Source: Chloroflexota bacterium
GTDB lineage: Bacteria > Chloroflexota > Dehalococcoidia > Bin125
Direction of reading: 5' to 3'
DNA length: 64,000 nucleotides
Assembly: GCA_026705025.1 (NCBI GenBank)
Contig: JAPPBN010000046.1
Coordinates: 74,060-138,059, forward strand
The notes beneath the pieces were generated by a model. The model worked only from the letters and a program-made list of their open reading frames with translations. It ran no database searches and was not told the origin of the DNA. The translations under genes and the position numbers were made by a program. Positions 1 to 8,958 of this stretch are shown in pieces (the stretch's first letter is position 1; each line of letters opens with the position of its first letter).

Positions 1-819
1 TACTCACCGCGCGAAGCGAACGTCACCCGCCTGTCGCGGTTTCGGATTGTGCAGGGACAGGCGTTCGTCGGGTCGGAGCTGGTGATTCTCGAGATTCCCC
101 AGCCCTACTCGAACCACAACGGCGGCGCGATCCGCTTTGGGCCCGACGGCATGCTCTACCTGGGCCTGGGCGATGGCGGCGCCGCCAATGATCCGCAGGG
201 CCACGGCCAGAATCGCGAGACCTTGCTGGGCACGATCATCCGCATCGACGTCAACGACATCGACACCACCACCCCCTACCGGATCCCTACCGACAATCCA
301 TTCCTCGGCATCGCCGGCGTACGGCCCGAGATCTGGGCATTCGGATTGCGCAATCCCTGGCGAATGGCGTTCGATCAGGAGACAGGATCGCTCTGGGCGG
401 GAGACGTCGGACAGGACCGGGTCGAGGAGATCGTGATCGTCCAGGCTGGCGAAAATCACGGCTGGAACGTCTTCGAGGGCGATCAGTGTTTCCGCAGCGA
501 GGACGACTGCGCAGCGCTGTCCGAGGCTGTCGCGCCGGTTGGCGTCTACGGTCACGACGAAGGCTGTTCGGTTACCGGCGGCGTGGTCTATCGCGGCCAG
601 GCACATCCGCATCTCGTTGGCGCCTACGTCTTTGGCGATTTCTGTTCGGGCACAATCTGGGGCCTCAGGCCGGACGACGGCGCAGAGACGGGCTGGACGA
701 GGGATGTGATCCTGGAGACCGGCGAGCTGATCGCGTCATTTGGGGTAGACAACGCAGGCGAGATCTACGTGCTGGTCTTCGGCGGTCCAATCTTCAAGCT
801 GGTTGGGGAGGAGCGCTAG
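1..819 (+). CDS. PQQ-dependent sugar dehydrogenase (glucose/sorbosone dehydrogenase family), 5'-truncated at window edge
   Basis: Frame is open from nt 1 with no stop upstream of the listed M at 49. Motifs NHNGGxIxFGPDGxLYxGxGDGG and GWN/GENHGWN are typical of the soluble aldose/sorbosone dehydrogenase beta-propeller family. Confidence 0.75.
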   Translation, partial: YSPREANVTRLSRFRIVQGQAFVGSELVILEIPQPYSNHNGGAIRFGPDGMLYLGLGDGGAANDPQGHGQNRETLLGTIIRIDVNDIDTTTPYRIPTDNPFLGIAGVRPEIWAFGLRNPWRMAFDQETGSLWAGDVGQDRVEEIVIVQAGENHGWNVFEGDQCFRSEDDCAALSEAVAPVGVYGHDEGCSVTGGVVYRGQAHPHLVGAYVFGDFCSGTIWGLRPDDGAETGWTRDVILETGELIASFGVDNAGEIYVLVFGGPIFKLVGEER

Positions 820-858
820 TCTGAGTCGACAGCACTCGATGGTCGGAGAGAATCCCCT

Positions 859-2367
859 ATGACCACCTCCCGCGCGTTTGGCAAGACGCCCGCGCCCGAC
901 GTTCCAGCTGGGATGACCTGGCTAAACACCGGACGCGAAATGTCGATGGGCGACTTCAACGGCCGCCTGCTGATCCTGCACTTCTGGACCTACGCTTGAA
1001 TCAACTGTCTGCACGTGCTTCCGCAGTTGCGGAAGCTTGAACGCCGCTACGCCGACACGCTGCAGATCGTCTCGGTCCATTCGCCCAAGTTCCCGACCGA
1101 GCGCGAGACCGAAAATCTGCGCCAGGCGATCCTGCGTCTGCGAATTGAGCACCCGGTGCTCAATGACGCCGATTTCAAGTATTGGCAGACCTTCGGCGCG
1201 CGGGCCTGGCCGACGCTCTACTTCATCGACCCACGCGGCAATGTGATCGGCATTCACGAGGGCGAGCTGACGGAAGACATGGCTGCCCCCCTAATCGAAG
1301 GTTGGCTGGTCGAGTACGAAGCCGAACAGATTCTGACGCGTAAAGACCTCGGACTGGTCCGCGAAACCGGCCGGGACAGCGCCCTCTCCTTCCCCGGTAA
1401 GGTCGCCTGGGACGACGCCTCTGGACGGCTGGTCGTCTCCGACAGCAACAACGACCGGATCATCGTGGCCGACATCGAGGGCAACGTGTCTCAGATGATC
1501 GGCGGCTCGGAAGCGGGCTTCACGGACGGTTCGGCCTCAGAGGCTCGGTTCAATCAGCCTCAGGGCGTCGAGGTATTCGGCGACCACGTCTTCGTCGCCG
1601 ACAACGAGAACCACGCCCTGCGCCGGATCGATCTGCGCGACGGCAGTGTCACCACGATTGCCGGCACCGGTGAGCAGGCGCGGATGATGCCCTCGGGCGA
1701 GCCCGCGACCCGAACGGCGCTCAGTTCTCCCTGGGATGTGGCCGTCCACGAGGGAGACCTGTACATCGCAATGGCCGGCATCCACCAAATTTGGCGGATG
1801 CCGCTCGGCGATCAGGTCGGCGACGCCTCCTATATCGGTCCCTGGGGAGGCTCGGGTCGCGAGGGAATCGTCGACGGGCCGCGAATGCAGTCGGAGCTGG
1901 CCCAGGTATCCGGTCTGGCGCCCGGACCTTCCGGTCTTGCCTTCGCCGATTCCGAATCAAGCGGCGTGCGAGAGATCAGCTGGGATCCTGACGGCCGAAC
2001 GACGACCTTCATCGGCAAGACCGGCCAGGGCGGACTCTTCCATTTCGGCGACGCCGACGGCGGTCGCTCGGTGGCGAGGCTGCAGCATCCGCTCGATGTG
2101 GCCCGCGTGGGCGATGAGCTCTACGTGGCGGACACGTTCAACCACAAGATCAAGCAAGTGTTCCCACTGACCGAGAACGTCAACACGCTCGTCGGCGGGC
2201 ACGGAGCCGCACTAGGCAGCTTCAGCGAGTTGGAACTCGACGAGCCCGGCGGATTGACCACCGGTCCCGGCCGCTCCCTGCTGGTAGCCGACACCAACAA
2301 CCACCGGATCGTGCACCTGGACCTGGAATCCCGCCAGGGCAGGGAGATCGTGCTGAAGTTTCCCTAA
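859..2367 (+). CDS. Thioredoxin-fold (TlpA/ResA-like) + NHL-repeat protein, NHLRC2 homolog; in-frame TGA at 997..999 proposed to encode selenocysteine (UxxC redox motif)
   Basis: ATG 859 with GGAGAG 10 nt upstream. Frame 859 is continuous with ORF 1015..2367 except for one TGA (997-999). Translation reads ...GRLLILHFWTYA-U-INCLHVLPQL...HSPKFP...NDADFKYW...WPTLYFIDPRGN..., i.e. TGA replaces the first Cys of the CxxC motif. Downstream are NHL-repeat blocks (FPGKV..., FNQPQGV..VADNENH, SSPWDV...IAMAGIHQIW, VADSESS, LQHPLDV, YVADTFNHKIK, LLVADTNNHRIV). Confidence 0.7.
1017..1036 (+). promoter_or_regulatory. Candidate bacterial SECIS hairpin (GCUUCCGC-AGUU-GCGGAAGC) 18 nt downstream of the in-frame UGA
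   Basis: Perfect 8-bp stem with 4-nt apical loop containing G-U; loop starts 25 nt after the UGA, within the range of known bacterial SECIS elements. Confidence 0.5.
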
Positions 2368-3599
2368 CTCGGAGCAACGACAACCGTCCCGCGCTGCATG
2401 ACGAACACTGGTTGATCAAGGTCGCGGATGTTGGCGGCAGGGTCGCCTCGAAACGCGGCCAGGTCGGCGTCGAGGCCGGGTTGAATGCGCCCGACCTGTT
2501 CTCCGACGCCGATGGCCCGAGCTGTGTCGCAGGTCATGATTCGTATGGCGTGCCACTCAGACAGGCCCACGTCCTCCACGAACGCCCAGGCCTCGGCCGG
2601 CGCTCGGTTGAAGTCGGCATAGGCCATGCCCATGTCGAGACCCGAGGTGAAGCGGACGCCGCGCTCGCGCATGTCTCGCAAGATCTCAAGGCCTTGCTGC
2701 CTCGGCGATGGTCCCTGCAGATTCGGATTGCGCCGCGGAGCGGCATCTCCCCGGTTTCGGGCCTCGGCGGCGAGCAGACCGAGGCCGATGGTCGGGTTGA
2801 CCCAGATGCCTTCATCGGCGATCCGTTGCGCCAGCTCAGGCTCGTACCGGAACCCCTCTTCCGGATTGGCCGACAGCCAGCGGCAGTGAATCAGGTGTCG
2901 GACGCCGCCCTCGACGGCGGCGCGGATGCCCTCGGCGGCGTGCGTGTGAGCCGCCACCTCGATCCCGCTGGATTTGCCGGCCTCGACGATTTCGCGGATC
3001 GTCTCAGGCGGGTACTGGCGGTCGCGTGGATTAGAGGTCGGGGTGAAGTTCCCGCCCGACGCCATGACCTTGAGTACGTCCGCGCCCTCGTCGACGTGCG
3101 CCTGGGCCATGGCGCGAACCGCTTCCGGCGAATCGGCTTCGCCGCCCCAGAACCAGCAGTGGTCCATCGTGCGGGTGATCGGAGCGCCGGCGGCAAGCAG
3201 TCGCGGTCCAGGGATGACGCCTGAGGCAATCGCGTCGCGGACTGCGAACACGACTTCGTTCTTCGATCCGAGATCGCGCATCGTCGTGATCCCGCTGCGC
3301 AGCGCCAGGCCGACGGCGTGGGCCGCACGCATCAGCGCCGGTTCGTTGGGCTCCTGCGAGATGATGTCGAACGCGTCGATTCGAGGTGGACAGGGAATGT
3401 GCGTGTGGCCCTCAACCAGGCCCGGCAAGAGCGAAACGTCGCCCAGGTCGACGGTTTCGTCCGCCGGAGCGTCGGCCGCGGGAAGAACATCGAAGATCCT
3501 GCTGTTGGCGACGCCGACGGCATGGTCCGGCAGCCAGTCGTCCATCGCCGCATTCGCGACGCGCGCAGCTCGATAGAAGCGCCGCTCGGACTCCGCCAT
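2364..3599 (-). CDS. Amidohydrolase family metal-dependent hydrolase
   Basis: 411-aa ORF with an HxH metal-binding start of the TIM barrel (EGHTHIP) and overall amidohydrolase-like composition. Its start overlaps the stop of the upstream crotonase gene (operon-like). Confidence 0.75.
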   Translation of the reverse strand: MAESERRFYRAARVANAAMDDWLPDHAVGVANSRIFDVLPAADAPADETVDLGDVSLLPGLVEGHTHIPCPPRIDAFDIISQEPNEPALMRAAHAVGLALRSGITTMRDLGSKNEVVFAVRDAIASGVIPGPRLLAAGAPITRTMDHCWFWGGEADSPEAVRAMAQAHVDEGADVLKVMASGGNFTPTSNPRDRQYPPETIREIVEAGKSSGIEVAAHTHAAEGIRAAVEGGVRHLIHCRWLSANPEEGFRYEPELAQRIADEGIWVNPTIGLGLLAAEARNRGDAAPRRNPNLQGPSPRQQGLEILRDMRERGVRFTSGLDMGMAYADFNRAPAEAWAFVEDVGLSEWHAIRIMTCDTARAIGVGEQVGRIQPGLDADLAAFRGDPAANIRDLDQPVFVMQRGTVVVAPS

Positions 3600-4366
3600 C
3601 AGTGAGCGCCCCAGCTGGGCGCGCGTTTCTCACGGAAGGCTTGCGGGCCCTCTTTGGCGTCGGCGGTTTCTCGGGCGACGCGGCGCATCGTTTCGCCAAA
3701 ACGGATCGCCTGCACGAAGGGCAACTCCTGGCCTCGGTGGGCGACTTCTTTGGTTGCGCGAACCGCGAGCGGCGCGCCCTTGCACAGGCGCTCGGCGAGG
3801 TTGCGGGCGGCGGGCAACAGATCGTCGTGCGGCACGATCTCCCAGACCAGACCCATCTCCTTGGCCCGCCACGCGTCGACGCGGTCGCCAATCAGCAGGA
3901 GTTCCATCGCATGATGCCAGGCGACCCGTTTGGGCATGCGGATCGCTCCCTGGATCGTGGGCACGCCGATTTGCACCTCGGGGAAGCCGAACTGGGCGCG
4001 GTCGGATGCGATGACGAAATCGCAGGCGGCGACCATGGTCAGGCCGAATCCGAGGGCGTATCCGTTGACCGCTGCGATCGTCGGTTTCCAGACTTCCATA
4101 CCCGATTCGAGTGAGGTCAACGAGGGCACCTCCCAGAAGGTGTGTTCCTCCGGCGGCGCCGGAGATCGCAAGTCGGCGCCGGCCGAAAACGCGCGGCCCG
4201 CGCCGGTGACGATCCCAACCCAGGCCTCGTCGTCGTTGCGGAACGACTCCCAGGCGGCATTGAGATCGGAACGCAACTCATGGTTGATCGCGTTCAGAGC
4301 CTCGGGCCGGTTGTAGGTGATCGTGCCAATTCGGCCGCTGCGCTCGTAGGTGACGGTGTCGCCCAT
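3599..4366 (-). CDS. Enoyl-CoA hydratase/isomerase (crotonase) family protein
   Basis: Internal ATG at 4366 preceded by GGAGG. Crotonase signatures are present (ALNAIN, AVNGYALGFG, oxyanion-hole region). Confidence 0.8.
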   Translation of the reverse strand: MGDTVTYERSGRIGTITYNRPEALNAINHELRSDLNAAWESFRNDDEAWVGIVTGAGRAFSAGADLRSPAPPEEHTFWEVPSLTSLESGMEVWKPTIAAVNGYALGFGLTMVAACDFVIASDRAQFGFPEVQIGVPTIQGAIRMPKRVAWHHAMELLLIGDRVDAWRAKEMGLVWEIVPHDDLLPAARNLAERLCKGAPLAVRATKEVAHRGQELPFVQAIRFGETMRRVARETADAKEGPQAFREKRAPSWGAH

Positions 4367-4440
4367 CTGGTGCCTCCAGGGATTCCTTCGCGGTTCACAC
4401 TTGCCGAACAGCTTATTCGTGCAATACGACGAGCTGAGAA

Positions 4441-5574
4441 TCAATCGAACGGATTGAGCTCTTCATGCAAGATCGCCAGGTAGTTTCGGTACACAAACAA
4501 CCGGTTTCGCCGTCTTCCTGTGATCTCCTCAACGATGCCGAGTTCGGCGAGATGCTGGACTGCGGATGAAGCGGTCGACAGTGATAATTGCGCTTGAGCG
4601 CCGACAGAGGCGATAGATCGCAGCGGACGCTGCATGAACTCGTGATGCGCACGAAGAGCCGAGCCGGCCTTTCTTCCGGATTCCTCGATCTGACGCCGAT
4701 CCGTCGCGAAGCATTCATTGAGCCGCTTGGCAGTTTTCACGCCATGGCGAGCTGTCTGTACCACGCCCTCGAGAAAGAACGAGAGCCAGGTCTCCCAATC
4801 GCCGTCGCTTCTGGTTCGATTCAGCAGTTCGTAGTACTCAGAACGGAACTGCTTGAGATACAGACTCAGATAGAGAATCGGCTCAGAGAGCATGCCGGAT
4901 TGCATCAGAATGAACGGAATCAGCATTCTCCCGACACGTCCATTGCCATCGAGGAATGGATGGATTGTCTCGAATTGGGCATGAGCGAGACCGGCGCGAA
5001 CGATCGCAGGCAGGCCGTCCTCCCTGGTATGAATGAATTGCTCCAGGCTTGCCATGCAATCTTCGACTTCCTGGTGCGGAGGCGGAACATAGACCGCGGC
5101 CGAAGGACGCCTTCCGCCTATCCAGTTCTGAGATCTGCGGAACTGACCCGGCTGCTTTTCGGCACCTCGGCCACTGTTGAGCAGCAATCGATGAAGTTCA
5201 CGGATCAGGCGATTGCTCAACGGAAACTGGTCGGCACGCATGCGTTCCAGACCATGGTTCAGCGCAGCGACGTAGTTCGACACTTCTTCGACGTCGTCTG
5301 TTGGCGCTCCTGGAGCCCCTTCGAGTTCGTATTCGAGTAAGTCGGATAGCGATGATTGAGTTCCCTCGATCTCAGAGGAGAGCTGTGCCTCACGCCGAAC
5401 GTAGGAGTAGATGAACAGGTCGGGATCAGGTAGGTGTGTAGTAATCGCATCGAGTGATCCGAGCGCCGCGGAGGCTTGCTCGATGGACTGAGAGAGATCT
5501 GTCAAGTCCAGACTGGGCACAGGAGGCATGGGTGAGGGGACAAACGCACGGACGGTCTCGTCCCCGTAGTTCAT
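4441..5574 (-). CDS. Fic family protein (class II: Fic_N with inhibitory SxxxEG motif, FIC motif HPFLDGNGRVGR, C-terminal wHTH)
   Basis: Canonical HxFx(D/E)GNGRxxR motif; SSEIEG inhibitory helix motif N-terminal to it; likely start MNYGDE at 5574. Confidence 0.8.
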   Translation of the reverse strand: MNYGDETVRAFVPSPMPPVPSLDLTDLSQSIEQASAALGSLDAITTHLPDPDLFIYSYVRREAQLSSEIEGTQSSLSDLLEYELEGAPGAPTDDVEEVSNYVAALNHGLERMRADQFPLSNRLIRELHRLLLNSGRGAEKQPGQFRRSQNWIGGRRPSAAVYVPPPHQEVEDCMASLEQFIHTREDGLPAIVRAGLAHAQFETIHPFLDGNGRVGRMLIPFILMQSGMLSEPILYLSLYLKQFRSEYYELLNRTRSDGDWETWLSFFLEGVVQTARHGVKTAKRLNECFATDRRQIEESGRKAGSALRAHHEFMQRPLRSIASVGAQAQLSLSTASSAVQHLAELGIVEEITGRRRNRLFVYRNYLAILHEELNPFD

Positions 5575-5692
5575 CGTCTCAAATCGTCCCGTTCGCTCGC
5601 GTCTCACTTTGTTCTCCGGGTCTGTGTTCAGATCTGTGGGCCTGGACCCGTTCTCTTTGTTACGACTTTGGGCACGAAATCAGGATACGCGC

Positions 5693-5906
5693 CTTCAGCT
5701 ATTCCAGAAGTCCGGATAAGGCCGAGCGCTATTCTGATTAAGGCCATCAAGTCGGAATAACCCCCTAAGCTATTCCAGAAGTCGGGATAAGGCCGAACAC
5801 TATTCCGATTTAGGCCTTGAAGTTGGAATAACACCTTCAGCTATTCCAGAAGTCGGGATAAGGCCGAGCGCTATTCTGATTTAGGCCCTGAAGCTGGAAT
5901 AAGCTG
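5693..5906. repeat. Three tandem copies of a ~71-bp unit (cttcagctattccagaagtcGggataaggccgaRcRctattcYgatttaggcc..ggaataa) with internal dyad symmetry
   Basis: Direct comparison of the units starting at 5693, ~5764 and 5835 shows >85% identity between copies. The repeat lies in the intergenic region between Fic (5574) and the LLM oxidoreductase (5928). Confidence 0.75.
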
Positions 5907-5927
5907 TTCAAGTCTATCGTGCGCCTG

Positions 5928-6812
5928 TCACCCGCTCTGCAGACCCTGTAGATGCTTCCCCGCGAATTCGGCGAGCACGGCCTCGGCGTCGGCGGCGGGA
6001 TGCAGGTTGGCGATCGCCTGGTCGAAGCCTCTGGATTTCATCTCGTTGAGCGTCTCGGCCGCTTCGTCGATCGTGTCCTCGGCGAGCACCGTGATCCGGT
6101 TGATCATGAGCTGCATACCCGAGGAATCGCGGCCGTGCGACTCGGCCTCGGATTTGACCAGCGCCCAGTCGTCCTCAAGCGTGTCGAGCATCGCCGGGTT
6201 GGCCAGGTAGCCGTCGGCGAAGCGGCCGGCGCGGCGCAGCTGGCGGGGATTGTTGCCGCCCAGCAGGATCGGCACGCGGCGCGGCGGTTGGGGTCGGCAG
6301 TACCAGCCCTTGGTGTTGTAAAACTCGCCCTCGAACGAGCCGATCTCGTTCTCCCAGAGGTCGCGCAGGACCTGCAGGTACTCGTCCATCCGCGCGCCGC
6401 GGCGGTCGAACGGCATCGACAGCGCTTCGAACTCCTCTTTCCACCAGCCGACGCCGGCGCCGAGGATCAGCCGTCCGCCGGCCAGGTGGTCGAGCGTGGC
6501 CATCAGTTTGGCGTGCAGTACAGGCGCGCGCATCGGCGCGACCAGGACGGCGGTGCCCAGCTCGACCCGTTCGGTCACGGCGGCGGCGAAGGTCATCAGG
6601 GTGAGCGGTTCGAGAAAGGGCGCCTCGGCCGGGACCAGGAAGCGACCGTCCTCGGAGTAGGGGTAGTCGGAACCCTGATCCGGGCGCAGCACGACGTGGT
6701 CGAAGGTCCAGAGCGAGTCGTAGCCGTTGGCTTCGACCGCGGTCGCCACTCGCTTGATGTTCTCCGGGCTGGCGACGCCGCCGACCTGTGGCAAGTAGAT
6801 GCCGACCTTCAT
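5928..6812 (-). CDS. LLM-class F420-dependent oxidoreductase (luciferase-like monooxygenase family)
   Basis: Start MKVGIYLPQ at 6812 with GGGAGG RBS; TIM-barrel LLM motifs are present; family typical of F420-utilising organisms. Confidence 0.7.
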   Translation of the reverse strand: MKVGIYLPQVGGVASPENIKRVATAVEANGYDSLWTFDHVVLRPDQGSDYPYSEDGRFLVPAEAPFLEPLTLMTFAAAVTERVELGTAVLVAPMRAPVLHAKLMATLDHLAGGRLILGAGVGWWKEEFEALSMPFDRRGARMDEYLQVLRDLWENEIGSFEGEFYNTKGWYCRPQPPRRVPILLGGNNPRQLRRAGRFADGYLANPAMLDTLEDDWALVKSEAESHGRDSSGMQLMINRITVLAEDTIDEAAETLNEMKSRGFDQAIANLHPAADAEAVLAEFAGKHLQGLQSG

Positions 6813-6925
6813 GCTGACCTCCCATGAATCTCGGGGCGGGCGATACCCTCGGCAGATATGCCCCAACCGATCCCGCGTTCGCCGCATAGTATGCCCGACG
6901 CATCCCTGAAACGGCGGCGCTGCCC

Positions 6926-8191
6926 GTGAGCCAGCGTCCAACCTTCTCCCGACCGCCGCTGCGCAGTCTGTTCCGAATCCGCGACTACCGCGTGCTCTGG
7001 GTCGCGGCGCTCTGCATGATCATTTCGCAGATGATCCGCTTCGTCGCGATCCCGCAGTGGTTCGTCGACCAGACCGGCGGTGAGTCGTTCACCGAGGTGG
7101 CGATCATCGGCGCGGTGCAGTTGCCGATCCAAGCGTTCGGCGTGTTGTATGGCGGCGTCCTGGCCGACCGCTTTGATCGGCGCTGGCTGATGGCCTCGGC
7201 CAATGCAGCCGTGCTGGCCATCCTGGTGGCAGTCGCCACGGCAGCGACGCTCGACTTGCTCGAGTTCTGGATGGCCTGGGTCGCGCTGGGCGCGCTGGGC
7301 GGTCTGGCCACGTTCGTCGCGCCGGCGCGCGCGACGATCACGCCGCGCGTCGTGCCGCCGCGCTATCTCAGCGCCGCCGTCACGCTCGACACCAGCACTC
7401 AGATGACCGGCTGGATCCTGGGTGGCCTGATCGTCACGGCGCTGGCCGTTGGACTTGATGCGATCGGGATGCTCTGGGTGGCGGCGGGATTCGCCCTGAT
7501 CTCGGCAATCATGCCGGCCTTGATCAAGACTTCCGCCCGAGCGGTCTCTGAGCGGCAGTCGACGCTGCGCATGGTGATTGAAGGGACCCGCTATGTGATC
7601 CGACACCCGATTCTGCCGGGGCTGTTCATCCTCGACTGGGGGATCACCGTGATCTCGTACTACCGCGAGATCCTGCCCTTGCTGGCGACCGGGCTGTTCA
7701 TGGCCGGCGTCGGCGCGGCGGGCGCGTTGGGCACAGTCAATGCGGTGGGTTCGGCCTGCGGGATGCTGTTGGCGCTGTTCCTGGTCAACTATCGGGCCAA
7801 GGGCATCATGGTGCTGGCCGCGTCGGCGGTCTATGCGTCTCTGCTGTTCGCCCTGGGGGCGGCGCCCTGGCTCTGGGTCGGGATGATCGTGATCGCGATG
7901 CTGGGCGCGGCCGATGCCGTGACAGTGGCCGTGCGCCAGGTGACGGTGCATCTGACGACGCCGGACGAGATGCGCGGTCGGGCCTTCTCGGTGATGGTGC
8001 TGATGGCGCAAACGGCGAACAACCTGGGCATCATCTGGGTTGGCTTCTGGGGCGATGAGATCGGCGTGGACCGGACCTACTTCCTGGGCGGCGTGATCGG
8101 GCTGGGCGCGACCTTGCTGATCGGTTTGCTCTGGCGATCGATCAGCCGCTACCGCGCTCCCGATCATGCGCCCGATACTCTCGTCAGTTGA
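6926..8191 (+). CDS. MFS transporter
   Basis: 421 aa with 12 predicted hydrophobic segments and typical MFS N-terminal motif region (GVLADRFDRR). Confidence 0.75.
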   Translation: MSQRPTFSRPPLRSLFRIRDYRVLWVAALCMIISQMIRFVAIPQWFVDQTGGESFTEVAIIGAVQLPIQAFGVLYGGVLADRFDRRWLMASANAAVLAILVAVATAATLDLLEFWMAWVALGALGGLATFVAPARATITPRVVPPRYLSAAVTLDTSTQMTGWILGGLIVTALAVGLDAIGMLWVAAGFALISAIMPALIKTSARAVSERQSTLRMVIEGTRYVIRHPILPGLFILDWGITVISYYREILPLLATGLFMAGVGAAGALGTVNAVGSACGMLLALFLVNYRAKGIMVLAASAVYASLLFALGAAPWLWVGMIVIAMLGAADAVTVAVRQVTVHLTTPDEMRGRAFSVMVLMAQTANNLGIIWVGFWGDEIGVDRTYFLGGVIGLGATLLIGLLWRSISRYRAPDHAPDTLVS

Positions 8192-8217
8192 GAAGCCCAA
8201 GCGAAACGGGGACAACC

Positions 8218-8898
8218 ATGGTCTTCAGTGAGGAACTGATCGACTTCCTGGTCGGACTGTCGGCCAATAACGAACGTGAGTGGTTTAACGCGCGCAAGGA
8301 CGTGTACGAGACGGTCTTGCGCGAGCCTGCGCTGGAGTACATTCGGCAGGTCGGCGGGCCGCTGGCCGACATCTCGCCGCACATCCGCGCCTCCGATCGC
8401 AAGCAGGGTGGGTCGCTGATGCGGATCTACCGCGACGTGCGCTTCTCGCGGGACAAGTCGCCCTACAAGACCAACGTCGGGATTCAGTTCCGGCACGAGT
8501 CGGGCAAGGACGTGCATGCGCCGGGCTACTACGTGCACATCTCGATCGAGGAGTGCTTCATCGGCGCCGGCAGCTGGATGCCCGATCGCGACGCGCTGCT
8601 CGCCTATCGGCGCGCCGTCTCCGAGCATCCGCGCGAGTGGACTGCGCTCAAGGAACTGGCGGAGACGAGTGAGTGGAGCATCGACGGTCATCACGACATG
8701 CTCAAGCGTCCGCCGCGAGGCTTCTCCGCCGACGACCCGATGATCGAAGACATCAAACGCAAGCACTTCATCGTGACCCACCGCATGGAGATTGAGGACG
8801 TGACGGCGCCGGACTTCGTTGACTACACGATCGAACGGTTCAAGGAGTCGAGGGAGTGGATGGCGTTCCTGGCCAAGGCGATCGGGTTGCCGTTCTAA
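8218..8898 (+). CDS. DUF2461 (TIGR02453) family protein
   Basis: Motifs NNEREWF...YRDVRFSRDKSPYK are characteristic of this conserved family of unknown function. Confidence 0.6.
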   Translation: MVFSEELIDFLVGLSANNEREWFNARKDVYETVLREPALEYIRQVGGPLADISPHIRASDRKQGGSLMRIYRDVRFSRDKSPYKTNVGIQFRHESGKDVHAPGYYVHISIEECFIGAGSWMPDRDALLAYRRAVSEHPREWTALKELAETSEWSIDGHHDMLKRPPRGFSADDPMIEDIKRKHFIVTHRMEIEDVTAPDFVDYTIERFKESREWMAFLAKAIGLPF

Positions 8899-8958
8899 CT
8901 GGAGTTCCGCTGTCTCCTGTCTATCCTGCGAGCCGAAGGCATTGACGAGGAGGACGCG

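Noticed and set aside
997-999. TGA 997-999 as a genuine stop (pseudogene or sequencing error)
   Set aside because: The stop falls precisely on the catalytic Cys position (Sec and Cys are interchangeable there). A SECIS-shaped hairpin follows at the expected distance, and a tRNA-Sec gene is in the window. A random nonsense mutation landing on that exact codon with a downstream hairpin is much less likely. This remains to be confirmed by finding selA/selB/selD.
1015-2367. Track ORF 1015..2367 as an independent gene starting at GTG 1015
   Set aside because: That start lies in the middle of the thioredoxin fold and cuts the CxxC motif in half. The 47 codons upstream are in frame, carry an RBS plus ATG (859), and encode the missing first half of the domain. 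The call is a single gene with UGA=Sec, not two genes or a pseudogene.
2412-3224. 270-aa plus-strand ORF inside the amidohydrolase locus
   Set aside because: It is an antisense shadow; the minus-strand amidohydrolase has coherent motifs.
5693-5906. CRISPR array
   Set aside because: The units are 71 bp, directly abutting with no unique spacers, and there are no cas genes nearby.
6809-8215. 468-aa and 242-aa minus-strand ORFs (6809..8215, 6175..6903) and the 455-aa ORF 8164..9531
   Set aside because: These are antisense shadows of the MFS, LLM, DUF2461 and cupin genes, with Arg-rich nonsense composition.
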